A stretch of 64,000 bases of DNA from Candidatus Saccharibacteria bacterium CPR2 (GCA_021404905.1 QWHN01000002.1:13582-77581), one strand, 5' to 3'; positions 10,147-18,983 are shown, counted from the first letter of the stretch. Program-made: numbers and translations. Notes: generated by a model not told the origin, from the sequence alone.

Positions 10147-10610
10147 AAAACTTATTGAGGGAAGTTGTTCGGGGCATTGTTGTTAAAGACAATAAACTTT
10201 TGGTTCTAAAAAGAAACAACTGCGGCAGAAAATACCACGTAATTCCTGGTGGTGGCATTGAAAATAGGGAATCGATGGAGGATGCCGTTGAGAGGGAAAT
10301 ATATGAAGAAACAATGATTCGAGTTAAACCGATTCGCTTGCTTTATATTTACACCTCCAAGAGGTTCAGGGTAAATGTGTTTATCTATTTATGTGAATAT
10401 TTAAACGGCAAGCCCCAACTATTGCCAGGTTCAGATGAATTCAAACAAAATCAAGAAGGTAAAAATTTATATCAACCAAAATGGCTCCCCTTGGAAACCG
10501 TAGGGGAGATTGATTTGTTCCCTGCTGAGGTCATAGAAAGGTTAGTGATTGATCTGAAAAAAGGTTTTGATGAAAACGTTCAGAAAATAAAAGACGCTTA
10601 TGATAAATAA
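10143..10610 (+). CDS. NUDIX hydrolase
   Basis: The Nudix box is GGGIENRESMEDAVEREIYEETMI. The start overlaps the RND stop in an ATGA arrangement. Confidence 0.85.
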   Translation: MKNLLREVVRGIVVKDNKLLVLKRNNCGRKYHVIPGGGIENRESMEDAVEREIYEETMIRVKPIRLLYIYTSKRFRVNVFIYLCEYLNGKPQLLPGSDEFKQNQEGKNLYQPKWLPLETVGEIDLFPAEVIERLVIDLKKGFDENVQKIKDAYDK

Positions 10611-10631
10611 ACTTGTTATACTATATACAGT

Positions 10632-10961
10632 ATGAAGTGGGGAATATTTAAATCAAAAAGTTTTGTATTAGCATCAGTTGTTGCTTGTGTATTTCTTGGT
10701 ATTATTTTCGCCCTGCTTAGCAAAGATGGCAATGCGCCCAAAAATACAGTTATTAATAATTCTTCTGATGTTGAACAGGTCAAAAGCGCTGAAAATAAGC
10801 TAAAAGTTGTGGAGGCTTCAGGAGAGCCGACTTCGGTTATAGATTATCTTCAAGGAACAAAACCGCTTCAATCGCAACCGGATAAAAATTATCAAGTAAC
10901 ATCCGTTGCAGATCAATTACAACCAAATGCCGGAAGAGATAGCTTTCCATCTACAAACTAA
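10632..10961 (+). CDS. hypothetical small membrane-anchored/secreted protein
   Basis: An N-terminal hydrophobic helix is followed by a polar region. No motif was recognised. Confidence 0.4.
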   Translation: MKWGIFKSKSFVLASVVACVFLGIIFALLSKDGNAPKNTVINNSSDVEQVKSAENKLKVVEASGEPTSVIDYLQGTKPLQSQPDKNYQVTSVADQLQPNAGRDSFPSTN

Positions 10962-11039
10962 GAGTTGTAAAAATAAGCTTTTCATTTTTGATCCGACTTT
11001 GCTAATATTTAAGTATCTGGTTTTGGGAGAAACATAGAA

Positions 11040-11582
11040 ATGGCAAAAAGGAAAACCCTTGAGAAAGTTGTTATTTACGTGATGGTTTTGGTTATGTTTT
11101 TTAGCGTGATAGCAGTCTCAGTCATCTTGGTAATTTCAGAAAAAAGCAAACAGCCCGAGCTCAGTGAAGAGGAATTATCCAAGATAGTCGAGGAAGAATC
11201 AAATCAATCAAATGCGCAGTCTTTACCGCCTCCAGAATTTACTTTACCGGAAGGCGATGTTGCGGAACTGCAAATTATTGACTTGGTTGAGGGTAGCGGC
11301 GATGAAGTTAACCCAAATGCAACTGTCAAAGTTCATTATCATGGCGTAAGAGCAAGCGACGGATTTGTTTTTGATAGTTCTTATGAAAAAGGCGAGCCGA
11401 TAGAGTTTCCATTGAATGGGGTAATAGCAGGATGGCAGGAAGGTATCCCCGGAATGAAAGTGGGCGGGAAACGACAGCTTAATATACCGTCAGATAAAGC
11501 ATACGGAGAGCAAGGCGCTGGCGAAGATATTCCGCCTAATACGGATTTAGTCTTTGTAGTGGAGTTGCTGGAAATAAAATAA
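11040..11582 (+). CDS. FKBP-type peptidyl-prolyl cis-trans isomerase with N-terminal membrane anchor
   Basis: The FKBP core reads VKVHYHGVRASDGFVFDSSYEKGEPIEFPLNGVIAGWQEGIPGMKVGGKRQLNIP, preceded by an N-terminal TM helix. Confidence 0.85.
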   Translation: MAKRKTLEKVVIYVMVLVMFFSVIAVSVILVISEKSKQPELSEEELSKIVEEESNQSNAQSLPPPEFTLPEGDVAELQIIDLVEGSGDEVNPNATVKVHYHGVRASDGFVFDSSYEKGEPIEFPLNGVIAGWQEGIPGMKVGGKRQLNIPSDKAYGEQGAGEDIPPNTDLVFVVELLEIK

Positions 11583-11635
11583 AAACAGAAATAGGGGGTG
11601 AAGTGAGTAAAAAACACAACATGTAGCGTTTATGC

Positions 11636-11664
11636 TTGACATTGCGGCGCTATTTATCTAACAT
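11636..11664 (+). promoter_or_regulatory. sigma70-type promoter for the glutaredoxin-like gene
   Basis: TTGACA (11636-11641), a 17-nt spacer, then TAACAT (11659-11664). The TTG that opens the tracked ORF at 11636 is the -35 box itself. Confidence 0.5.
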
Positions 11665-11713
11665 GGAAGTATCCATAAAAACATTAACAAATATTAAAAA
11701 ACAGGAGAAAAAA

Positions 11714-11959
11714 ATGTCTCAAAACATAACTGTCTACACAACTAATTCTTGCGCCTATTGTGGCATGGTTAAGCGTTGGCTTGACACAAAAGGCTATGCC
11801 TACCAGGAAATTAATCTTGAAGAACAACCTGAAAGACAGCAGGAAGTACTTGAAATGAGTGGCAGCCTGTCTGTTCCGGTTACAGTTGTAAACGCAGCCA
11901 ATGGTTCAAAAAGTATAGCTGTTGGTTACAACATTGGCAAACTTGCATCAATGCTTTAA
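11714..11959 (+). CDS. glutaredoxin-like / NrdH-like small redoxin
   Basis: The CAYC active site lies in ITVYTTNSCAYCGMVKRWLD. The ATG at 11714 is preceded by AGGAGA, and the upstream part of the tracked ORF is promoter sequence. Confidence 0.8.
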   Translation: MSQNITVYTTNSCAYCGMVKRWLDTKGYAYQEINLEEQPERQQEVLEMSGSLSVPVTVVNAANGSKSIAVGYNIGKLASML

Positions 11960-12061
11960 ACGAAAAAGTCAAATAGAAGAAATTATTTAGCAACAAGCCT
12001 CTGTTTTTGTTTACTTTTTGGTATGATACTAAAGAATCTAAAACGGAGGTGATAGGATAAT

Positions 12062-12997
12062 ATGTCTGAGAATAATAGAGAAATTCATGATGTTGTTATG
12101 GTCGGAGCCGGCCCGTCTTCACTTTCTGCCGCTATATATACGACCCGTGAAGATATTGATACGCTTTTGATTGAAAAAGGAGTCATTGGCGGCTTGGCTG
12201 CGATAACAGACAAAATAGATAACTATCCTGGATTCCCGGATGGAGTTTCAGGCCTGGAACTTTCTGAAAATTTACGCAAACAGGCTGAAAAATTTGGCGC
12301 CAAAATAATGCTTGGTGAAGTAACGAAAATCACTGGTGAAGGTGAGACCAAACGATTAGACACGACTGAGGGTACTATATATGCCAAAACGGTTTTATTG
12401 GCAACCGGTACAGATCACAGAAAGCTTGGCGTTCCGGGTGAGGAAGAATTCTATGGTAGAGGAGTCCATTATTGTGCAACTTGCGACGGAGCATTTTACC
12501 GAGACAAAAAACTCGTGGTTGTTGGCGGCGGGAACTCGGCCGCCCAGGAAAGCTTGTTTTTAACTAGGTATGCCAGCCACATTGATATGCTTGTTCGCTC
12601 AGATAAGATGCGAGCATCAGACGTGTTGATTAATAAACTACAGGAAAATGACAAAATAACTATTCATCTAAATACAACAACAGATGAAATAGTTGGAGAC
12701 AATACGGGCGTAAAAAAGGTAGTTGGAACGGATAAAATTAAAGGCCAAAAAGTTGAATTTGAGTGTGACGGTGTATTTATTTTCGTTGGACTAAATCCCA
12801 ATACATCGTTTTTGAAAGATTCAGCGATTGAACTGGACGAAGCTGGTTTTATAAAAACAAATTCCAGACTCGAAACTAATGTGCCGGGCGTTTTTGCTTC
12901 CGGAGATGTGCGCAGCGGAGCAACAATGCAAATAGCCACCGCCAGTGGGGAGGGCGCGACTGCGGCCCTAATGATTCGCGAATATTTGGAGAATTAG
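12062..12997 (+). CDS. trxB: thioredoxin-disulfide reductase
   Basis: It carries GAGPSSLSAA (FAD), the redox motif CATCDG, and GGGNSAAQE (NADPH). The SD GGAGGTGA lies upstream. Confidence 0.9.
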   Translation: MSENNREIHDVVMVGAGPSSLSAAIYTTREDIDTLLIEKGVIGGLAAITDKIDNYPGFPDGVSGLELSENLRKQAEKFGAKIMLGEVTKITGEGETKRLDTTEGTIYAKTVLLATGTDHRKLGVPGEEEFYGRGVHYCATCDGAFYRDKKLVVVGGGNSAAQESLFLTRYASHIDMLVRSDKMRASDVLINKLQENDKITIHLNTTTDEIVGDNTGVKKVVGTDKIKGQKVEFECDGVFIFVGLNPNTSFLKDSAIELDEAGFIKTNSRLETNVPGVFASGDVRSGATMQIATASGEGATAALMIREYLEN

Positions 12998-13051
12998 GTT
13001 TTTAAAATTGGTATAATAAATCGGAAAGTACTAATAATCTAAGGAGTAGTT

Positions 13052-13567
13052 ATGGCTGAAATCTCATACGGTAAAAATGCACCTGAGGTGGTAAATGTTG
13101 TTATAGAAATTAAAAAAGGCGAACGTAATAAATACGAAGTAGATAAAGAAACCGGACTGTTAACCTTGGACAGAGTAAATGCTACTCATTTGGGTTATCC
13201 TGCCGATTATGGTTACGTTCCAAACACGCTTTGCGAAGACGGCGACCCGCTTGACGCCCTCTTGATAATTGATGAATCGGTTCCTCATAGCGTAGTTGTG
13301 CCATCACGACCCATAGGGGTTCTTTATATGGTTGACGATGGCGAAAATGATGAAAAACTAATTTGCGTAGCAAGTGATGACACAACCAAGAAACATATCA
13401 AAAACGTAGATGATTTAGGTGAAGAATTCAAAAAAATGATTGAGCACTTTTATGCTCACTACAAAGACTGGAAAAAAGATTGGCAAGGTTCCCCTGTTTC
13501 TTTTAACGGTTGGGGCGATGCCGAGAAAGCCAAAGAAGTTATTAGCAAATCCATTCAGAATAAATAA
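13052..13567 (+). CDS. ppa: inorganic pyrophosphatase (family I)
   Basis: Motifs EIKKGERNKYEVDKETG and DGDPLDAL are present. The SD is AAGGAG. Confidence 0.9.
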   Translation: MAEISYGKNAPEVVNVVIEIKKGERNKYEVDKETGLLTLDRVNATHLGYPADYGYVPNTLCEDGDPLDALLIIDESVPHSVVVPSRPIGVLYMVDDGENDEKLICVASDDTTKKHIKNVDDLGEEFKKMIEHFYAHYKDWKKDWQGSPVSFNGWGDAEKAKEVISKSIQNK

Positions 13568-13635
13568 AAGATACCTAAACATTGCTAATTTAAGCGCTAG
13601 CTTTTAAAATATCTCTTAGTGAACAAGGGGATATT

Positions 13636-14655
13636 ATGAAGATAAAAATTGCGATAAACGGCTTTGGGCGTATTGGCAGGAGCGCATTCAAAATTGCTTT
13701 TGATAGAGCTGATACCGAGGTAGTCGCCATAAACGATCTAACAGATGCTGCAACTTTAGCCCATTTGCTTGAGTATGACTCGAATTACGGCAGATATGAA
13801 AGAGAAGTTTCGGCAAGCGACAATTTACTAACTGTTAATGGGCAGACTATCGATGTTTTAAACGAGAAGGATCCTGCCAGCTTGCCATGGAAAGAAAAAG
13901 AAATTGATGTGGTAATAGAGAGTACCGGAATATTCACCGAACCAGAAAAAGCCAAAGCACATATTAAGGCCGGAGCAAAAAAAGTTATTGTGTCCGCTCC
14001 ATGGAAGGGCGATGCCGGCGAAACTTATGTCATAGGAGTTAACGACGATGATTTGGGAAAATCATCAGAAGTTATATCTAACGCGTCATGTACGACTAAT
14101 TGTATTACACCCGTAGCGGCGGTAATTGAATCCGCATTTGGCATAGAAAAGGCAATGATGACAACCATACATAGCTATACGGCAGATCAGCGTCTTCAGG
14201 ATGCTCCGCATAAAGATTTGCGCCGAGCTCGAGCTGCAGCTACAAACATTGTGCCAACAACAACCGGGGCTACCATTGCGGCCGGTGAAGCATTTCCGGC
14301 GTTAAAAGGTATATTTGGAGGCCTTAGTATCCGCGTTCCTACGCCAGTAGTTTCGCTCAGTGATTTCACTATTATTACCAAAAGAAATGCCACCAAGGAC
14401 CAAGTTAATGAGGCCTTAATTGAAGCCAGCAAACAACCTTATTATCAAGGGATTCTTGGGGTTACCGACAAACCTTTGGTGTCAAGCGATCTTATCGGGG
14501 ATAGCCATTCCGCCATTGTCGACCTGTCATTAACAGACGTAACGGCAGGAAATATGGTAAAGGTGATTGCGTGGTATGACAACGAATGGGGATACAGCAA
14601 CCGCCTTGTTGAGCTTGCTGTTGATGCCGGGAAATTGCTTCAAAAAGAAGGCTAG
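13636..14655 (+). CDS. gap: glyceraldehyde-3-phosphate dehydrogenase
   Basis: The N-terminus reads INGFGRIGR, the active site is SNASCTTNC, and WYDNEWGYS lies near the C-terminus. Confidence 0.92.
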   Translation: MKIKIAINGFGRIGRSAFKIAFDRADTEVVAINDLTDAATLAHLLEYDSNYGRYEREVSASDNLLTVNGQTIDVLNEKDPASLPWKEKEIDVVIESTGIFTEPEKAKAHIKAGAKKVIVSAPWKGDAGETYVIGVNDDDLGKSSEVISNASCTTNCITPVAAVIESAFGIEKAMMTTIHSYTADQRLQDAPHKDLRRARAAATNIVPTTTGATIAAGEAFPALKGIFGGLSIRVPTPVVSLSDFTIITKRNATKDQVNEALIEASKQPYYQGILGVTDKPLVSSDLIGDSHSAIVDLSLTDVTAGNMVKVIAWYDNEWGYSNRLVELAVDAGKLLQKEG

Positions 14656-14747
14656 GCTAAAGGAACATGCAGCAACTAGCTTACAACTTACATTTATCGT
14701 TTAATGTTAAGTCATCATTAACCATTGACCAATTGGCAAATGAAAAA

Positions 14748-14789
14748 TTATTGGAAACTGATTCGCTATACGAATGCAAATTGAAAATT
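14748..14789 (-). repeat. copy 1 (inverted, 3-nt shorter) of a ~45-nt intergenic element
   Basis: The reverse complement, AATTTTCAATTTGCATTCGTATAGCGAATCAGTTTCCAATAA, aligns by hand to the 16787-16831 element. It contains the palindrome ATTCG-CTATA-CGAAT. Confidence 0.6.
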
Positions 14790-14809
14790 TGCCAGGAGAA
14801 ACGCTCTTC

Positions 14810-15265
14810 ATGAAGATCTTTCTTGGAAGTGATCACGCCGGATTTAATTTAAAACAAGCAGTGTTCGCGTACTTAGCGAAAAATGGATATAACGTTGAAG
14901 ATGTTGGCGCCAAAACACTTGATCCTGATGACGACTATCCTCAGTTTGCATACCAGGCAACCGTTAAATTGCTGGGTAGTGAAGATAAAGACCCAAGAGC
15001 AATACTAATTTGCGGTAGTGGCCAGGGAATGTGCATTGCGGCCAACAGGGTTCGCGGGATTAGAGCATCGGTTGTGTGGGATGCGCATGAAGCTAAAGTC
15101 ACCAGAGAGGACAACGACAGCAATGTCCTCTGTCTGCCCGCTCGCGTACTGGAAAAAGATCCTCAAGCAGCTTACGGGATAGTCGAGACATGGCTATCGA
15201 CTCCATTTTCTGGAGCTACAAGACATATAAGGCGCATTAAAGAGATAGAAGATATTTATGGCTGA
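14810..15265 (+). CDS. rpiB: ribose-5-phosphate isomerase B
   Basis: Motifs MKIFLGSDHAGFNLK and CGSGQGMCIAANRVRGIRA are present. The ATG at 14810 is preceded by AGGAGA, and the tracked ORF start at 14774 lies in the upstream element. Confidence 0.88.
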   Translation: MKIFLGSDHAGFNLKQAVFAYLAKNGYNVEDVGAKTLDPDDDYPQFAYQATVKLLGSEDKDPRAILICGSGQGMCIAANRVRGIRASVVWDAHEAKVTREDNDSNVLCLPARVLEKDPQAAYGIVETWLSTPFSGATRHIRRIKEIEDIYG

Positions 15266-15920
15266 AATATGCCCGGCACTACTTGCCAAAACAACCGTTG
15301 AATACAACAAACTGCTTTTAAATGTCGTAAATTTAACCAGACGCATACAGATTGATTTGAGCGATGGAATATTCGCGAACCACGAGACTATAAACATCGA
15401 AGATACGTTTTGGCCGTCTCAAATTTTAGCGGATCTGCATTTAATGTACGAAAACCCCGAAAGTATAGTTGATAAGGCGATTGCGAAACATCCCCATATG
15501 GTAATAGTGCATGCAGAAGCTCACGGTAATTTACTGAATATTTTGAAGCGTCTGCACAAAAGTACGATAAAGGCGGGTATAGCACTTTTGCCAGAATCTG
15601 ACGTAAAAATGTACAAAGAGTTAATCGAAAATTCTGACCATGTGATGATTTTTGGCGGGTTCTTGGGCTCGTACGGGGGCAAAGCAGATTTGAGTAATCT
15701 CAAAAAAGTTGAACAAATCAGAAAAATCCATCCGGATATTGAAATTGGGTGGGATGGTGGCGCAAATGATGAAAATGCCGCCGAAATTTTCAAAAATGGC
15801 GTAGATGTGATTAACGTCGGGGGCTATATCCAAAAATCACCCGACCCTAAATCTGCTTATGCTATACTTCGTAGGATAGCGAACGAGTTTGAGATTCAAG
15901 ACAAGAGAGATAAAACATGA
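15258..15920 (+). CDS. ribulose-phosphate 3-epimerase-like TIM-barrel protein (divergent)
   Basis: The Rpe-like pattern includes DLHLM, VIVHAEAH, FGGFLGSYGG, IGWDGGAN and NVGGY. The first metal-ligand position reads QIDLSDG instead of HxDxMDG. The gene sits between rpiB and tkt. Confidence 0.6.
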   Translation: MAEICPALLAKTTVEYNKLLLNVVNLTRRIQIDLSDGIFANHETINIEDTFWPSQILADLHLMYENPESIVDKAIAKHPHMVIVHAEAHGNLLNILKRLHKSTIKAGIALLPESDVKMYKELIENSDHVMIFGGFLGSYGGKADLSNLKKVEQIRKIHPDIEIGWDGGANDENAAEIFKNGVDVINVGGYIQKSPDPKSAYAILRRIANEFEIQDKRDKT

Positions 15921-16783
15921 ATACCGTTAAAAAAAAATATACTATAACTCAGCTTGAAGAAATCGCAAACAACATTAGAAAAAGCATTATAACAATGCTT
16001 GAAACTGCCGGCAGTGGCCACTCGGCTGGCCCTTTGGGTCTTGCCGATGTCTTTACAGCTTTATACTTTGATGTGCTAAATTTAGATCCTAAAAATCCCG
16101 GCTGGGAGGAAAGAGACTTGCTGGTTTTATCAAATGGTCATACTGTGCCAGTCCAATATGCTACTATGGCTCATGCCGGATTTTTCCCTAAAAAGGAACT
16201 CCTAACTTTAAGAAAGTTGGGATCCAGGCTGCAAGGCCATCCGGAAAGAGTGCGTTTGCCTGGTCTTGAAACGACCAGCGGGCCGCTTGGCAGCGGTTTG
16301 AGTCAGGCGGCGGGAATGGCGCTGTCCCTGGCTGCTGACGATGATCATAGCCGTTGGGTTTATTGCATAATGGGCGATGGTGAGCTTGATGAGGGAAACG
16401 TCTGGGAAGCGGCGATGTTTGCAGCCAAATACAAACTTTACAACCTAACTATAATTATTGATCGTAACAACATTCAAATTGATGGGCCGACAGAAGACGT
16501 GATGCCACTTGAAGATTTACATGCTAAATGGGAATCGTTTGGTTGGCACGTTATAGAGGTTGATGGCAATAATATTGAATCGGTAATAGACGCATGCGCC
16601 ATGGCCCGCGCGATTGTCGAACAGCCTGTGGCGATTATTGCTCATACTATACCTGGGAAAAACGTAGATTTTATGGAGTATGATTACCGCTGGCACGGTA
16701 AACCGCCAAACGCTGAGCAAGCCAAGGAAGCACTAAAGAAATTGAGAACGTTAGACGGCAAAATACGGAGTGAACATGAGTAA
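15917..16783 (+). CDS. tkt: transketolase, N-terminal (TPP-binding) subunit
   Basis: Motifs GSGHSAGPLGLADV and GDGELDEGNVWEA are present. The gene is the split form. Confidence 0.9.
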   Translation: MNTVKKKYTITQLEEIANNIRKSIITMLETAGSGHSAGPLGLADVFTALYFDVLNLDPKNPGWEERDLLVLSNGHTVPVQYATMAHAGFFPKKELLTLRKLGSRLQGHPERVRLPGLETTSGPLGSGLSQAAGMALSLAADDDHSRWVYCIMGDGELDEGNVWEAAMFAAKYKLYNLTIIIDRNNIQIDGPTEDVMPLEDLHAKWESFGWHVIEVDGNNIESVIDACAMARAIVEQPVAIIAHTIPGKNVDFMEYDYRWHGKPPNAEQAKEALKKLRTLDGKIRSEHE

Positions 16784-16786
16784 TAT

Positions 16787-16831
16787 AATTTTCAGTTTTC
16801 ATTCGCTATACAGCGAATCAGTTTTCAGATT
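16787..16831 (+). repeat. copy 2 of a ~45-nt intergenic element: direct repeats flanking an 18-bp palindrome
   Basis: The sequence is AATTTTCAGTTTTCATTCGCTATACAGCGAATCAGTTTTCAGATT. The 10-mer TCAGTTTTCA occurs on both sides (16792-16801 and 16818-27) of the palindrome ATTCGCT-ATAC-AGCGAAT. Confidence 0.65.
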
Positions 16832-16900
16832 AGCAATAAGTGTTTTTAGTTTGATATTTGATAATTGGAATTTGAAAATTCTCATGCGAGGAGACGAAGC

Positions 16901-17887
16901 ATGAGTGGTATGTACATAATCAACGATCTTCATCCGGAGAGAATTGAGAAAGAGCCGATTAGAAATGGGTTTGGCAGAGGCTTGGTTGAGGCTGGCAGGC
17001 GAAATGAAAATGTCGTGGCTTTATGCGCTGATTTAACTGAATCCACAAAAATGGATGCGTTTGCGGGTGAGTTTCCTGAGAGATATTTTGAAGTTGGGGT
17101 TGCCGAGCAAAATCTGGTTACGGTCGCATCAGGTATGGCAGCTATGGGAAAAATTCCGTTTACATCCAGCTATGCCGCTTTTAGCCCCGGTCGTAATTGG
17201 GAGCAAATAAGAACTACTGTTTGCCTTAATGAAAGAAACGTAAAAGTAGTTGGTTCGCATGCTGGCGTATCGGTTGGACCGGATGGAGCTACGCACCAGA
17301 TGCTTGAAGATATTGCGCTAATGAGAGTGTTGCCTCACATGGTCGTAGTTGCTCCCGGGGATTCAGTTGAAGCCCAAAAAGCGACTTTGGCGCTTGCTGA
17401 AGACGAAAGGCCTGCGTATTTAAGATTGGCGCGAGAAGCCACTGCGATTTTTACGACTTCAAGAACGCCTTTTGATCTTAATCGCGCTTATGTTCTGAAA
17501 TCTGGAGAAGATGTTTCAATTATTGCTACGGGCACGATGACATATCATGCCTTAATTGCCGCGGAAATTTTAGAAAAAGACAAAATTAACGCGGAAGTTA
17601 TTCATGTGCCAGTGATAAAGCCGCTTGATGTGAATACAATACTTGCCTCGGCGAGCAAAACCAAGGCTGTAGTAACTGCGGAAGAAGCCCAGATAAATGG
17701 CGGGTTTGGCAGCGCGGTTGCTGAAGTGATAACAGAAAACAATCCCGTGCCGGTTCGCAGGATTGGTATCAAAGACAGGTTTGGAGAATCTGGTTCTCCG
17801 GACGAACTGATGAACGTGTTTGGGCTGAGCGGACATCATATTGCCATGAAAGTCCACGAGTTATTACAAGACATGGGGCGACAATGA
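16901..17887 (+). CDS. tkt: transketolase, C-terminal (pyrimidine-binding) subunit
   Basis: Motifs FEVGVAEQNLV and GPDGATHQMLEDIALMR are present. The ATG at 16901 is preceded by GAGGAGA, and the tracked TTG at 16865 lies in repeat sequence. Confidence 0.9.
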   Translation: MSGMYIINDLHPERIEKEPIRNGFGRGLVEAGRRNENVVALCADLTESTKMDAFAGEFPERYFEVGVAEQNLVTVASGMAAMGKIPFTSSYAAFSPGRNWEQIRTTVCLNERNVKVVGSHAGVSVGPDGATHQMLEDIALMRVLPHMVVVAPGDSVEAQKATLALAEDERPAYLRLAREATAIFTTSRTPFDLNRAYVLKSGEDVSIIATGTMTYHALIAAEILEKDKINAEVIHVPVIKPLDVNTILASASKTKAVVTAEEAQINGGFGSAVAEVITENNPVPVRRIGIKDRFGESGSPDELMNVFGLSGHHIAMKVHELLQDMGRQ

Positions 17888-18081
17888 TGGGGAATAAACT
17901 TTATATGTACATTCAGAAGGCGTTCCATCCCGATTTGTATCGGGACTGCCCTCTTTGGGTGCGAAAACAAATGTCATGGAGCAGACTGCTTTTAGAGCAT
18001 ATAATTTTCATGTTCCATAGTTTGATAACTGAAAACTGTAAATTGAAAAATGCGCAGCTGGAGGCAAGCACATGGGTTTGA
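17884..18081 (+). CDS. possible small ORF (65 aa) exactly bridging tkt-C and fba
   Basis: Its ATG overlaps the tkt-C stop (ATGA) and its end overlaps the fba start by 10 nt. No homology was recognised, and the region also holds the hairpin TCCCGAT-TTGT-ATCGGGA (17928-17945). Confidence 0.25.
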   Translation: MMGNKLYMYIQKAFHPDLYRDCPLWVRKQMSWSRLLLEHIIFMFHSLITENCKLKNAQLEASTWV

Positions 18082-18983
18082 CAATTCGCGAGATAAGAGA
18101 TAATTGCATCAAAGCGCGCCATTTGATGCAGCGTAGTCGCCAGCAGCATTTTGCGGTCGGTGCTTTTAACGTGGACAATCAGGAAACTTTGATTGCGATT
18201 TGCAGGGCTGCGCAAAATAAAAATTCTCCGGTTTTGGTTGAGGTCAGTCATGGTGAAGTTGAAGCTATTGGGCTGGAAAATATTCGCGATATGGTCGATA
18301 ACTATAAAAAAGACTACGGGATAGAAGTATTTATCAATCTAGACCACTCGCCCTCCGTTGAAGATGCTAAGCGCGGTATTGATGCCGGTTTTGAATTTAT
18401 TCATATCGATATTTCTCAGGCAAATCATGAAGCGAGCGATGAGGAGATAATTGAAAAAACCAAACAAGTCGTTGAATATGCCAAATTCACCGGAGCGCTT
18501 GTCGAGTCAGAGCCTCACTACTTCGGCGGAAGTTCCAATTTGCATAATGAAAACATTGATTACGAGGAGATAAAAAAGACTTTCAGTACCCCCGAGGGCG
18601 CAAAGAAATTTGTTGAAGCTACGGGAATTGATACTTTCGCGGCTGCCATTGGGAACCTTCATGGCAAATATAACGTTCCAAAAGAACTGGATCTGGATTT
18701 GCTAGCGAGAATCAGAAAAGAAATTGATTGTAATATCAGCTTGCATGGCGGTAGCGGTACGCCTGGTCATTTTTTTGAAGAGGCAGCTAGAATTGGCGTG
18801 AGTAAGGTAAATATCAATTCCGACCTTAGAATCGCCTTTAGAGAAACCCTGGAAACTGAGTTGGATAAGCATCCGGATGAATTCGCGGTCATGAAACTTA
18901 TGGAGGAAGTCAAAAAGGCATTGCAGTCAGTCGTAGAAGAAAAGATTGATATGTTCGGTTCAGCCGGCAAAGCAGTGATATAG
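18072..18983 (+). CDS. fba: class II fructose-bisphosphate aldolase
   Basis: Motifs GAFNVDNQETL, NLDHS and SLHGGSG are present. The SD GGAGG lies 7 nt upstream. Confidence 0.88.
   Translation: MGLTIREIRDNCIKARHLMQRSRQQHFAVGAFNVDNQETLIAICRAAQNKNSPVLVEVSHGEVEAIGLENIRDMVDNYKKDYGIEVFINLDHSPSVEDAKRGIDAGFEFIHIDISQANHEASDEEIIEKTKQVVEYAKFTGALVESEPHYFGGSSNLHNENIDYEEIKKTFSTPEGAKKFVEATGIDTFAAAIGNLHGKYNVPKELDLDLLARIRKEIDCNISLHGGSGTPGHFFEEAARIGVSKVNINSDLRIAFRETLETELDKHPDEFAVMKLMEEVKKALQSVVEEKIDMFGSAGKAVI

Noticed and set aside
11636-11713. The tracked ORF gives the glutaredoxin-like gene a longer N-terminal extension from TTG 11636.
   Set aside because: The TTG is the TTGACA -35 box of a well-spaced promoter. 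The ATG at 11714 has an AGGAGA SD and yields a normal-length redoxin.
12969-12978. Short ATTCGCGAAT-type palindromes occur inside coding regions (for example near the end of trxB). I considered whether they are further copies of the intergenic element core.
   Set aside because: They lack the flanking TTTTCA repeats and sit in conserved coding sequence. They are probably chance occurrences.
17928-17945. The same 7-bp stem (TCCCGAT/ATCGGGA, preceded by CA) appears here and in the palindromic arm of the tRNA-like gene (20826-20844).
   Set aside because: Only 7+7 nt are shared and the loops and flanks differ. That is too short to separate a repeat family from chance.
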